Assembly (NCBI GenBank): GCA_964035545.1
Contig: OZ037771.1
Coordinates: forward strand, 14,879,133-14,943,132
Length of the DNA: 64,000 bases
Direction of reading: 5' to 3'
Origin: Bugula neritina
Taxonomy: Eukaryota; Animalia; Bryozoa
Each line of letters opens with the position of its first letter. Positions within the stretch are counted from its first letter, which is position 1. A model generated the notes under the pieces. That model worked only from the letters and a program-made list of their open reading frames with translations, made no database searches and was not told the DNA's origin. The position numbers and the translations under genes are program-made. Shown here one piece after another: positions 40,431 through 54,180 of this stretch.

Positions 40431-41762
40431 TTCATTTACCCTCACTACCCATCTTAATTTTACTGAAATAGATTAATGCACTATGACTATAATTATATCT
40501 GAAACACTATAATAATTTAGCTAATTATTTTGAACTGTAGCCCCAAAGTTAAATGCTAAACAGATTTTCTTTGAAACTACTTCAAATAATATTCTAAGTG
40601 CTTTTCAAACAAGACAAAGTTTGTTTACTATTTTTATCTTTTGTAATTTACCAATCACTTTATAAAAACATATAATTATGATTATTATTAGTCTTTAGGT
40701 TAACTGCAATTTGAAATTTAATAGCTTTAGCATATTATACTTGTCTCAATAGGTTTATAGTAAATTAAAACATAATGCAAACAATAAAAATTTTTGCTAT
40801 GCCTATATTATTAAAAACAGCAAATAAAAACTATTCAAATCAGGGTGTGTAAAGTACAGAAAGTTGAGAGAGTTTATTCACATCTGATAGTTTTAAAAGT
40901 GGTTTGTGATAGTTTGCCAAAATAATATCCTTTGCAGGATGCCTGCTGAAAAAAAGTTTATCCTCAGAATTGAAAACCTGAGCCACAAATTTATTTAGTA
41001 ATAATTTAATTAGAAATAGCTACCGCAATTATGAATTTTTTTAAATGAGTCATATGCATACACATAGACACATGAAAGCAATTTTCAAATATAGAAAAAT
41101 TAGTTATAGCAAATAAAGTTGTATCTTCAAAAACTGTATAAAATAGATACTTTTGAATCTACCAAAGCCATAATATCTTTTTGAAGTTGAAGCAAATATT
41201 TTGCGTTCCTTGTTTAAAGAAAAAACAGTATAAGCTAGTACAATTATGAGCAAAATTTCAATCTTTAGCATTGTTCGAGACAACTACTGAAATATTTATC
41301 ACTTGTAATGTGCTATAGTCCGGTGGAAATATTGGGAAATGTAAATAATGTGAACATATAGCCAATGGCAATAAATAACTATGAGTAATGCAATGTCTGT
41401 TTTGTGAGGTATAAGGTAAAACAACTCCCAATGCCTTTAAAATGAAATCATTTTGCCACAGTGCATACCAAATGTAGCCGTAAAACAGCAATAGAAATGG
41501 AAGCTTCAGCAAATGAAAATTGTATTTACATATTTGATCTGACTACCATCACTTTTCACCAACCTACAGAACACCCTTTATAATAAATAAAAGATAAATC
41601 TTCCTACTTACTGAAAAATTTCTAATTATTTTCTCATCTAAGTTATGAGAAATTACAATATCCCAACAACTCCAAAAATAGTGCACAGAATATGTATTTT
41701 GACTTTTCAAATATGTTCTTAAAGGAGTTGTCCCGCTAATGCTTGGACATAAAAGATAGTGA

Positions 41763-41865
<103 letters not shown>

Positions 41866-41866
41866 A

Positions 41867-41913
41867 TCTGTGGACAGCAGCTGTTTCGGGATTTGTCCCC
41901 TCATCAGCACAGA
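41867..41913 (-). ncRNA. Minimal type-I hammerhead ribozyme with intact core
   Basis: Minus strand reads UCUGUG-CUGAUGA-GGGGACAAAUCCC-GAAACAG-CUG-CUGUC^-CACAGA. It has a 6-bp stem I, stem II, the conserved CUGANGA and GAAA core, a short stem III with the CAGCUG palindrome and a GUC cleavage triplet. Confidence 0.85.
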
Positions 41914-42138
41914 ACAGAGTACCATGGCCCACACCTTCGCAATAGTAGAAACTTATACTTTTATTAAAGCATATTTAAAAAGTGTGTAAACCCAAGCCAT
42001 AGTGCTCAAGTGACTCTAGGGGTCACCTAGGAGTCACGAGCCTTGCAAAATGCTAGCAGCTTGAGTTTGTGACCATGGTTAAAGTGCTCAATCACCTAAT
42101 GTCATTGCTGAGCATTAAATGAGAGCATAATATTTCAA

Positions 42139-42185
42139 TCTGTGTACATTAGCTGTTTTAGGATTTGTCCCCTCATCATCACAGA
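42139..42185 (-). ncRNA. Second hammerhead copy with mutated core (AUGAUGA / AAAA)
   Basis: Direct repeat of 41867-41913, 272 bp away, reading UCUGUG-AUGAUGA-GGGGACAAAUCCU-AAAACAGCUAAUGUA-CACAGA. Confidence 0.7.
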
Positions 42186-42247
42186 CTGGAGTACCATTTC
42201 TTGATTAAGTAATAAAACAACAATATTTCTCGTATACTTATTCATAA

Positions 42248-42405
42248 TATATATATGTATATATATATATATATATATACGTGTATATATACATATATAT
42301 ATATATGTAAAGGAGGTCTTTGGTTAATGATTGGTAGAAATTGCATATGTCAAAAGTAATAAATGACTTACTTATATATATACATACAAATATATATATA
42401 CATAC

Positions 42406-42497
<92 letters not shown>

Positions 42498-42574
42498 TTA
42501 TACACACACACACACACGCACACACGCACACACACACACACACGCACACATACACGCACACGCACACGCACACG

Positions 42575-42615
<41 letters not shown>

Positions 42616-42618
42616 TAT
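42248..42618. repeat. Compound (TA)n/(CA)n microsatellite
   Basis: Read directly; contains a short unique insert at ~42306-42372. Confidence 0.9.
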
Positions 42619-42734
42619 GAATAAATATACAAGAAACATTGTTGTTTTTTATTACTTTATTAAGCAAAGTAATTAAGACATATTTCGGACACCACTGGCT
42701 AAAATACACAAATTGAAATGTGGAAATGGTATAG

Positions 42735-43250
42735 AGAAGCTACAAATGAGACTAATAATTTTAACATATTAGACACTGCATCATATCAACTTGCTAAATA
42801 CCTGGCAAAAATGCTAAAACCACTTTGTGGATCTGAATGTAATATCAAATCAACTGATAGTTTTTTTACATATGTGTGTGTGTGTATGTGTGCGTGCGTG
42901 CGTGCGTGTTATTTCATCATAATATAATGTTTTACAACTAGCATAAGTTACAAGAGCAGACAAACAATTAGAACGGAAACATAGTAACAAATAACAGTAT
43001 ATAAAAAATAAAGCTGTCGGAAGTGATGATAAGGCCCAGTGCGAAATAGCATGGCATATATACAACAACTAGATGTTCCAGCAAATCATCAACTGATATC
43101 GTTTGATGTCGTTTCTTTTTTACTTTTGTACCATTTGATTACACATTTTTAGCGATCATAAATGATATTTATGAAAAACAACAAATCCAAACAACCCTAC
43201 TAAAGAAGACAATAATAAACTTATATACTCAACTTTTGCACTAAACAGTA
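42735..43250 (+). mobile_element. Penelope-like element, N-terminal RT fragment (decayed, interrupted)
   Basis: Translates to DTASYQLAKYLAKMLKPL..NIKSTDSF, HQLISFDVVS..VPFDYT and LNFCTKQ. Confidence 0.8.
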
Positions 43251-43513
43251 ACAAGAACAGTAAATGATAAAAATTCAAAAGTTATTACGTTCTGTTGAAT
43301 ACTATATGCATGACACAAAATATAGCGAGTGGGTGCAGTTATTTCAAGTTATTTAAACTTAAGGAGATAGCCTTGTTTTTTATACTACATGAGTCAAAAA
43401 TTATATTGATTTCTTTGCATAAATAATAAATTAGAGTTGACAAAATATAGATATCTGAATATAAAAACAACATGGATTAGTGAAAAGTGTGTGGAAGTTG
43501 AGTAGTGTGAAAC

Positions 43514-44553
43514 CTATTGGTATAGTTTTAGTGGTATGGAGTAATTTTGTTTATCAAGTTGTGGTTTCATTTGTTTAATGTAGAGAGCTGATGACTGATT
43601 CAGAACTGTTACCTTGTCTATTGAAATGCTTCTGTGGTTAGTAGTGGAGATATGTTGATAAATTTTTGAATTAATGTCAAGGCAATGTTCCTGTGTGATT
43701 GGCGACGTCCGGTTTCGCCTACATATGTTTGTTGACATGAAGCTTCAGGGCAGATTATGTTGTAAACTAGGAGGGTAGGTGTTCTTTATTAGGTTTGTCT
43801 TTGAGATTAAAATATGAATTTAAGGGGGTTCCTTTGAATGAAATTGGATTCAATTGGAAGTAATTCTGCAATCAATTTGTTGAGGGAATGAAATAGCTCT
43901 TCTCTTGCTACTTCTTTATATAAGGTATTCGAAGTAAAATGTGTTTTAAAATGTCATTTTCACCGAGTAGTCCATTACTAATGTTGTTAATAGTTTTCTC
44001 TATTAAATATTTAGAGTAGCCATTTTTATGTTTAAAAACATTTCAAATATATTTCAGTTCTTGGGTCTTAAGTTCCGGAGTCGGACAGATTTTATTAGCC
44101 TTTAATACTAGCGATTTCAGTGTGCTTAGCTTCCAGGTTTTAAGTGAGAAAGAGTTCCAATGTAAATATGTATCATTATGTGTTGGGTTACAGAATACCA
44201 GAATACTGTGGTTTCCACTGAGCTATTGTGTCGCAAAACTGCAACATCCAGAAAAGAAAGTGATTTATTGGTTTTTTAGTTCAAGTGTAAATTTTATGTT
44301 AGGATGGAAATTATTAAGTGTGTCAAGTGTTGTGTTAATATAATCAGGGTCTATTGTTGCAAATGTATCATCAATGTACCTCACCCAAGGTGACATTGAA
44401 TTCAATTTTGGTATTATTTTTTGTTCCCCGAGGAGACCCTATAGCAACACCATCCGTCTGTGTATAAATGATGTCGTTGAAAGTAAATTGAACTTGTTTA
44501 GTACAAAAGTTGAGTAAGTTATTTATCATTTTCTTCTTTGGTATAGCTGTTTT
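43514..44553 (-). mobile_element. Penelope-like element, RT core plus GIY-YIG endonuclease (decayed)
   Basis: RT motifs are LLNFCTKQVQFTFNDIIYTQTDGVAIGSP, WVRYIDDTF, NNFHPNIKFTLE..LSFLDV and YLHWNSF. The GIY-YIG part reads LVYNIICPEASCQQTYVGETGR...ALYIKQMKPQLDKQ..IPLKLY*. Confidence 0.9.
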
Positions 44554-44719
44554 ACACTTATATCCAGTAACAACTTAATATGACCTGATTATGACATATA
44601 GGAAGTACTCCACAGATACTCAACTAAATTCGAACTCTGTTAACAGAAGTATTAAAGACATAGTTTGTTGGCAACATGCTATTAGAAACGCCTGACTAGT
44701 TTGAAAGCAAAAAATTTCA

Positions 44720-44751
44720 TATAAAATGAAGAATTTTTGTAGCGTTCAGTC
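44720..44751 (+). promoter_or_regulatory. Candidate TATA box plus initiator for gene B
   Basis: TATAAAA at 44720 and TCAGT (Inr-like, A at 44748) are 28 nt apart, with the Inr about 43 nt upstream of ATG 44791. Based on motif spacing only. Confidence 0.45.
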
Positions 44752-44790
44752 ATGTCAGTGTTGTCTTCAGTAGAAGAAAGCAACACAAAG

Positions 44791-47418
44791 ATGACAAAGC
44801 TAATAGGATTACGGTATGCTTGTAAGTGTATTTTTTAGAATAATATATAACTGATATAAAGATATAATTTGAATATCTAATTAAAATAAATAAATCATTT
44901 CTTATATTTATAAAAAAAAAATAATTATTTTTTTGCAAAAATAAACGGACGATTTTCAATTACTAATTTGCCTTCACAATACCTAAGAATATGTAAAGGT
45001 GTTTTTTAAAAACTATCATCACAAATAACTGCAGTGGTTGCTGTTTTGTTGTTCAACTAATATAGTTGGATTAGAAGTTATTATAGCAGCACTGTTTATA
45101 GTTTATTGTAGGAAGCAGCAGTTAAACTTTGCTGTATATATTACTTCCATTAATACATTTAATGGGACCAGTTTCTTTAATGACGTTAAAAATGCTGCTA
45201 CAAGTTTTTAGCTAACGAAGGTCAAAAAAGCTGTTGCAAAATATTTTTCTTTTACTTCAACTGCTACAACGCATAATATCACTTCAAGATTTGAACTAAT
45301 ACTATATAGTTTTACATTAGCATGCAAAAAAGTGTTGATTTCTGTAGTATAACTTGCCTGCAGCTTTTAAATGAGCCCACTTTCTTAAATTTTAATACAG
45401 ATATATATTGGCAATATTTAAATTTTGTAATATCTCTTTTTTTCAAAGTATTTTGTTTATTGTCTTCTTCTATGCTTTAACTGACTGATTAATTTTAAAT
45501 GTCAATGCGATTAATATACAAAAAAAATCATAAATGATAAAAATATGTCTGCCTAAGTTGCGTTTTAATTATTTCATAAGCTACTAATGACCAATCAAAC
45601 AGAAAATTATATATACCATGCTGTGGTGTGTATTTAACATGCAAACGTCTTTTAGGTGTTTTTCTAGCTGCAGTATCTTTGATGCCTGAAACCCTGGCAG
45701 ATAGTAAGTTGTATTCTATTTTTACAAATGTAATAATAGAAGGATAAATCAGTGAAATTAATTAAAAACAAACTTTTAGATTTTCCAATCATACAATAAT
45801 TAGCTAAAGATATTTTAAAACGTTTTTACTGCTGAGTTTTTCAATTTAACATGACAAGTTCTTTTATGTGTCGTAAAATACAATATTCTAGGCCTAATAT
45901 ACTGCTATAAACAACAATTTATACACTTTTGATTATAATTCAGTGTATCTTATTTTCTTACGTGCACTAAAAACTACAAATACATTTACTTTAGTACAAA
46001 CCTGTCCTCAAGCCCAACCTTGTTATACAATACAAGAAGGTTCCTGCACCGACTTGAGAAAGGCAATTTGCATAATCCGATCAGCATTTGGTTGTGTTTA
46101 CCGTGGTCCTTCTGAAGTAAAAGTCTGTGCAATTAACTGTAAGTATCAGAAAATAATTTAGTTTTTTCATCATGACATTTTCAAAAAGAAACTTGAACTT
46201 TGCGCTATTATTCAATTCTTTTACAGCTGTGCCGCCCATAACTTTCCGAGACTTTGTATCAGCTTCTCCGACTTGTGGATTTTTCGTAACATCACCAGCT
46301 ATATTTGGCCTTAAGCCTGTAAATAGTATAGCGAACTCTATTACATGTAGGTATAACTTATTAGTTTGATTAAAAAATTAAAAACAATAAGTTAAGTACA
46401 TTTAACGACTTAAATTGTCTGTTATCAAAGAATAAGAAATAATAAGTACTGGCATATTCAATATTATTATCCTTGTTTCAGCTAACAACAAAACAATTAA
46501 TGGCAGACTATCTACTTGCCAGCAACCAGCCAATGTATGTGACACTGATGATGATAATCTAAGAATAACGTATGACTTTATACCGTGTACGGCAACAACC
46601 ACCACCACCACAACAACAGTTGCAACAATGACAACGCCAGCTGCACCGGCCACTGTTACTTCTGCAACAACAACGATTGGGCCCACCAGTGCTGTGTGTC
46701 TCAACTGTTTCATCAACGCTGAACGAGGTGTACCATGTTCACCTACATGCGGCACTGGTACGGGCAGCAAAATGGTTGCATGTCCTGGTCGACCTGAGTG
46801 TGGAATGAGAATGTTTACATGTACCCTACCAGTTAGTCATCAACTTATTGCTAAAAAAATAAAGAACTGTAGCTAATGGCAAGATATTTTTGTAGATTGA
46901 AACTGACATCTTTCACAAAATTTGAATATTATTGTAGGCATGTCCAACACCGGCACCAACAGCAAACTGGTGTAATTGGGGAGCATATAGCCCATGCACT
47001 CCAACCACTGGCTTCTGTATTAATAGATTTACCCCAGGAATTCAAACAAGAACAAGAGAGTGTGCCTGTCCATTACCACCCGCTGGCAGTTTTACATGTC
47101 CAGGAGCTTCTTCACAAACTCAAAGATGTGCACCAGTAAGAATACAACTGTGATGGTATACTCTAGACTTGTAAATCATGCATACACTGTACAACCACTT
47201 AGGTACTCTAAGTGACCTAATAAAACTTTTTGATGTAGGCTTGTCAAAACCCTAGCGGTAGAAGAAGACGAAGAAGTAGAGGTCAAAATAGAAGGAGACG
47301 GAGAAATAGAAATAGAAATAGACGGAGAAGAAAAAGTAAGAGTATTCGAAAACAGTGTCCCAAAGGTAACCAAGGACGTAGATGCAGGGGGAAAAGACGT
47401 CAACAAAGAAGAGCTTAA
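44791..47418 (+). CDS. Gene B: secreted thrombospondin type-1 repeat protein with Cys-rich N-terminal modules, Thr-rich linker and Arg-rich tail (7 exons, 356 aa)
   Basis: GT-AG exons 44791-44821, 45656-45703, 45995-46138, 46227-46346, 46482-46831, 46938-47135 and 47239-47418 splice into one stop-free 1071-nt frame. Features are the signal peptide MTKLIGLRYACVFLAAVSLMPETLA, CSPTCGTG, the TSR WCNWGAYSPC...QTRTRECAC and a last exon with 30 of 59 residues R/K. Intron phases match gene C. Confidence 0.88.
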
Positions 47419-49822
47419 TTTGACTAAAGTATATCAATGACTATGATTAATTTCATATCTCTAATTTTAGCAGTATATGTATATTAATTTAATTACTGTT
47501 TTCAAAATAATTCTAAATGTTCAAACGCACATAACAAATAGCTTTTCAAATTTGTCAAGTTAAAGACTTTAGTGTTAAGCTCAAAACATAAATCTGTTAA
47601 ACTAAATTCTTTTAAAACATTGCAATTCCCGTTTTCATTATTCTTTAAGGAAATAAACTTTAAATTCCATAGTTTTAGCATATCTACTTAAAGTAGTATA
47701 TATTTAAATTTATTTTCAATATTTAATAATCAAGATATGATTTTGACAAGAAAAATTAAGATCTAAACTGATGATGCACCTATAATTTTATTTAAAAACG
47801 ACTGCAAAAAAATTTAAATTGGGTCTGTATATACTTTAAAAAAAAGTAAAAAGAATATTGTTACAAGTTTGATAATTTCAAAAAAAAAATTCTGATATTC
47901 AGGGTGATATATTTTACTAAATGATTATTGGAATGCTTGATTTGGAAATTTGACAAATAAACCTATATATACTAATAATAGTTTTAGAACGGGCTATAAT
48001 AAGCTAACACGCCTTGCGTATAGCACTCGCACAAGTATATGCACATATGTGCACAGATAAGACAAAAACAAAAGTACACATGCAAAATGCACTTCTACTG
48101 CCTAGTATATATACGTGCACAAATATACAGGCAAAAATTTTAAACGCGTGCGTGCAGTTACCACACAAACCTATAGCAATGCATTTAAGATGAGCTAATT
48201 AATCATCTATATTTAAAAACATATAAATTATATATTATATTATTGTTGTGAAATAAAATGATATAAATCTAGCTAACACAACTCAAAATGCAGATTTATA
48301 GCAATTTTAGAAAATCTCAGAAATTCGGATAAATATGTTAACAAGTAAAATTTTGCATTCCCCTAAATTTATGCCTCCTATAATGTATTATATAATAACT
48401 GCAGCTTCAAATATATAATATAGTAGATATAATAGTTTCAAGGCTTGTGCAAACTAAGAAAGGCAGAGCTGCAATTTCCTTCATTAAATTACGTATGGTT
48501 TTAATTCATTCTGGCACCCGGGTCCAACTTTGTGAGGTGAGTATCATCTGTGAAAAGAAAATGTTCTAAAAGCCGATTACTAGTATAATATCCACACCTT
48601 TGAGTAAATAAGATTAATAATATAATAGGCAGATTATCAAACTATAATCTTGAGGGGATAAACTTTGACTTTAAGCAGCTGTGCTACTCTGCTGTAATAT
48701 GCAAAATAAAAAATTTGGTGCGTGGGAGTATATGTCTAAGAAAAAGTTTAAAGTTAGATCTTCCAAAGAGCATGCGGTGGCCAGTGTTTTTACCTAATCT
48801 AGACAGCTTTTTAGACTCTTCGCATGGGTTTATCATGCATCCATAGATGTATTTATGTATATATTTAGATGCATTTATATAAATATATTTGGAAAAAAAG
48901 TCACTGCAGGGCCTTCATGAGCATTTCCTCTGGCGATAGATAAAAAGCAAACTTCTGTTACTTTTTGTTTAAGAATAAACAAGAAGCAACCTATAAAAAA
49001 TGATTGCTCCATTAGTGTAAAGTAAATTGGCCAGGATCCCACCTATTAAATGAAACTTTTTAATTGGCTAGTTTATAGCTCTATATATAATTCCATTATT
49101 TTTTCAGCAAGCATTTCATATTCTTTGTATATACCCATATTTTAGCTCATAGCATTGAGCTGAGTTATTATTGATTTAACTACAAAAAACAACTTTATGT
49201 TTATATCCCTGCCAAATTTACTGAAATAAAACTTTTTATATATTAAATTTTAGCTATATTAATGCAACAGCAAGCTTAGGGTTTCACAGGTCAATTTGTT
49301 TTTTTGAATAATTTTATATAGTTGTTAAAACCATGATCCACACATCTTGCAGACTATTATATCTGATATGTAGCCATTTTATTTTTTTTTTAATTGATGT
49401 TGATGGTTTAAGTTAAGCAACACTAACGCCCAAAGCAAAATATAACATATAAAACCTTCCCACAGTTTAGCTATATATTCATGAAATAAATCTGTATTAG
49501 CCAAGACATTAGCCTCATAAAGTAGAAATTTATGACCATCCATATATACCACCTCTACGCCTCTGCTTATATACCTACTAGATACAATTAGGCTTTAATC
49601 TTGGATTAAAATTCTTGAACTTGTTTTAACCATATGATGAACAGGTGCTCAGTCTAGAAACAGTTAGATGATTTAATTATTAAGGGAACAATTTGTAGAT
49701 GTTGCTTGTACATTTATTTTGCTTCCAGTAGTTTTGTGCTTCTCATCAAGTGATTTAGTAGATTTAAATAATTACATTACATAACTCAGCAAGCATATTA
49801 CATTGTAAAAACACAATAGATA

Positions 49823-50674
<852 letters not shown>

Positions 50675-52896
50675 ATATATACAAACAAAACTAATCTACA
50701 CCCTCCCTAACATTGTGCAGATTATCTAGCTAATTGCTGGCTATATTCAACAAAAGCCAACCGAACGGATTTTATCTGATTCAGGAAAATAATGATTCAT
50801 GAAGACAGTTGACTGCTCTTGAGTGTCAAATTTATGATTTGCTTAGAAAATTGTTTAGGTTAAATTCTAGACAATTTTTAATAATAAATAGCATTACAGA
50901 TTAGAAATGCCGATACACCTATGACCTCTGCAACAGATTACTCAAGCCAATAACTGAGGATAAAGAATATAATATAGCTATAAGAAAGCAAAGGAGTAAG
51001 ATTGATAGAGTTTTTATGGTGAATAACCGACACATTTAATAAGTTCAAATGAATACGCTTATAACATACGTAGATGCAGAGGCTAGTGAAGAACTAAAAG
51101 ACAAACATTAGGCTAGTAAAAAGAGGCTCCATGATTATATTTATTGTTTAATTTGTATTGCATCTATAATAAAAATGACAAAAATTAATGGGTTAGTGCA
51201 CAGTTTGTAAATATTTTGTCAGTTGCATTTGAAACTGGTATGGTGTCAAGAATTTAAACCTATTCTTAGTTTTATCTCGTAGCTAAAATTGTCTTTCAAT
51301 ATTTTACTTTTTGGTAAAACCCAATTTGAATCTAACTAAATATTTAATCTTAATGTTGAAAAATAGCTATATAATAGAAATAATTTAGGTATTATAGTAC
51401 TATGTGTCTTATATATAGAAACAGATTAAGTTTGAAAAATACCTTAGGGTTAGCTCTGTTTAAATACAAATACCTTAGGGTTAGCTCTGTTTAGATACAA
51501 ATGAAAAATGATGGGGGGGGGTTTTAGTTAGTTTTTTGTGCAAATTTAATTGATTTTTGCTGTGAGTAACACCATTAAAAAGTTTTTTATGCTTATACTA
51601 ATTAAGTAAAATTCTTATAACATAGTTTATCACATGGCAAAATGTAAAATTGTTATCATCATACGTTGTATAAAAAGAATTTTTATCAAAGCAGAGCAAT
51701 TCAAGGTCTATTGTTTAATTTGTGCAAAAAATCATGAAAACAAATTGCAGCTATATATATATACAAAATTATAGTTATAGTCAATAATTCTGCAAATTTA
51801 GCAACTAATTGCAGATGATTACTTTTCACTTTATCAAAGCCATAACATTTGTATTAAGAAGTTGAAGCACATTTTGTTTTTTTTTTGATAGAAAACAAAC
51901 CAAAACACTCATTCATAAAAATATAAAAGATCACAACTTAAATCGCTGATGGTTAGTTAGAAGACTGCTTATTTTGATTGACGTGTTACATATCAGCTAG
52001 CTTGAGATATTGCAAATGCTTTGCTTACATTATCTATTGGATAAAGCTTTCAAATATAGTTACAATTGACGGTAAAAAACATACTAGTTGTTTCCTGGAG
52101 TGTAGGGTCAAACAACTTCTGATATTTTGAGAATAAAATGCAAGACAGAAAGAAGAAGCAAAATAGCAATAAAGAGCTGAATACTTGAGCAAAAAAAGAG
52201 TATGCTGGATTTTATTTTATTACATTATAACTAGGTACATTAAAAGATCAAATACTAAACTCAAGAATAGCAGTTTTTAAACCACAGTGGCAGCGTTTGA
52301 TCTCTAACAGTCTAAATTGTTTGTGTTTTGTGTTTCCCATATAACTTTTATTGTTTATAGTTCTATTTTGCTAGGCCACAGTCTAGGTGGAGTTCTAGAG
52401 TATAGAGCGAGACATCCGAGAGCTGATGCTATATACTGTCTATATTATAGTCAATGTTACTTACACATGCCTAGTTGTATGATTGACAGTGATAGAAATA
52501 TAAAGATATCTAACTATATATCAGAACATAAATGGAAGAATGTAGATCCAGTAAAGAACTAAAATAATGGACATCTTCCAGATCAGTGGTTTCCAGCGAC
52601 AGAGATATATTGTTGGTAGTCTTGTACTGGTATATCAAGCTATTTGACAGATTTATCTTCTCTCTGCAACAATAATTCATATTTATAAAAAAAGTTGTTT
52701 CTTTTTCTATTAATAGCGTTGTGGATAAGTTAGACTATGCCCTTTCTAAAGCACAACTCAATATAATTTTCTCACTGGTTTAGCTGTTGACCTAAAAACC
52801 ATTGACTATCTATGTGCATGTAATTATATCAGAAAGAGGTTCTGCTATATTGTATCTGTGGTCAGCACAACAAGTAATGTAAGTTTGTGAAAAAAT

Positions 52897-52944
<48 letters not shown>

Positions 52945-53031
52945 TAAGTAAGTGAGTAAGTGAGTAAGTAAGTAAGTAAGTAAGTGAGTAAGTAAGTAAG
53001 TAAGTAAGTAGGTAAGTAAGTAAGTAAGTAG

Positions 53032-53070
<39 letters not shown>

Positions 53071-53079
53071 GGTAAGTAG

Positions 53080-53138
<59 letters not shown>

Positions 53139-53178
53139 GGTAAGTAGGTAAGTAAGTAAGTAAGTAAGTAAGTAAGTG

Positions 53179-53221
<43 letters not shown>

Positions 53222-53286
53222 GAGTAAGTAAGTAAGTAAGTAAGTAGGTAAGTAGGTAAGTAGGTAAGTGAGTAAGTGAGTAAGTG

Positions 53287-53362
<76 letters not shown>

Positions 53363-53402
53363 GGTAAGTAGGTAAGTAGGTAAGTGAGTAAGTGAGTAAG
53401 TG

Positions 53403-53441
<39 letters not shown>

Positions 53442-53450
53442 GAGTAAGTG

Positions 53451-53502
<52 letters not shown>

Positions 53503-53519
53503 GGTAAGTAAGTAAGTAG

Positions 53520-53550
<31 letters not shown>

Positions 53551-53699
53551 GGTAAGTAGGTAAGTGAGTGAGTGAGTAAGTGAGTAAGTAAGTAAGTAAG
53601 TAAGTAAGTAAATAAGTAAGTGAGTAAGTGAGTAAGTAAGTAAGTAAGTAAGTGAGTAAGTAAGTAAGTAAGTAAGTAGGTAAGTAAGTAAGTAAGTAG

Positions 53700-53738
<39 letters not shown>

Positions 53739-53778
53739 GGTAAGTAGGTAAGTAGGTAAGTGAGTAAGTGAGTAAGTG

Positions 53779-53870
<92 letters not shown>

Positions 53871-53910
53871 GGTAAGTAGGTAAGTAGGTAAGTGAGTAAG
53901 TGAGTAAGTG

Positions 53911-53949
<39 letters not shown>

Positions 53950-53958
53950 GAGTAAGTG

Positions 53959-54006
<48 letters not shown>

Positions 54007-54028
54007 GGTAAGTAAGTAAGTAGGTAAA

Positions 54029-54074
<46 letters not shown>

Positions 54075-54180
54075 GGTAAGTAAGTGAGTAAGAACGTGAG
54101 TGAGAAAGCAAGTAAATAAATAAGTAAGTATAGGTGAGTAAGCAAGTAGGTAAGTAAAAATGTAAGTATGTGACTGAGTA
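52897..54180. repeat. (TAAG)n microsatellite with TAGG/TGAG variant units, ~1.3 kb
   Basis: Read directly. It is the source of the LLTY ORFs. Confidence 0.97.

Noticed and set aside
44791-47418. Calling genes B and C R-spondin, properdin or a spondin ortholog
   Set aside because: No furin-like repeats, reeler/spondin domain or multi-TSR array was seen. Only the TSR plus basic tail is shared, so no gene symbol is given.
46402-47437. Minus-strand and off-frame ORFs over the gene B and C exons (46402, 46876, 47176, 47252, 58797, 58809, 59334)
   Set aside because: Shadow frames of the real exons.
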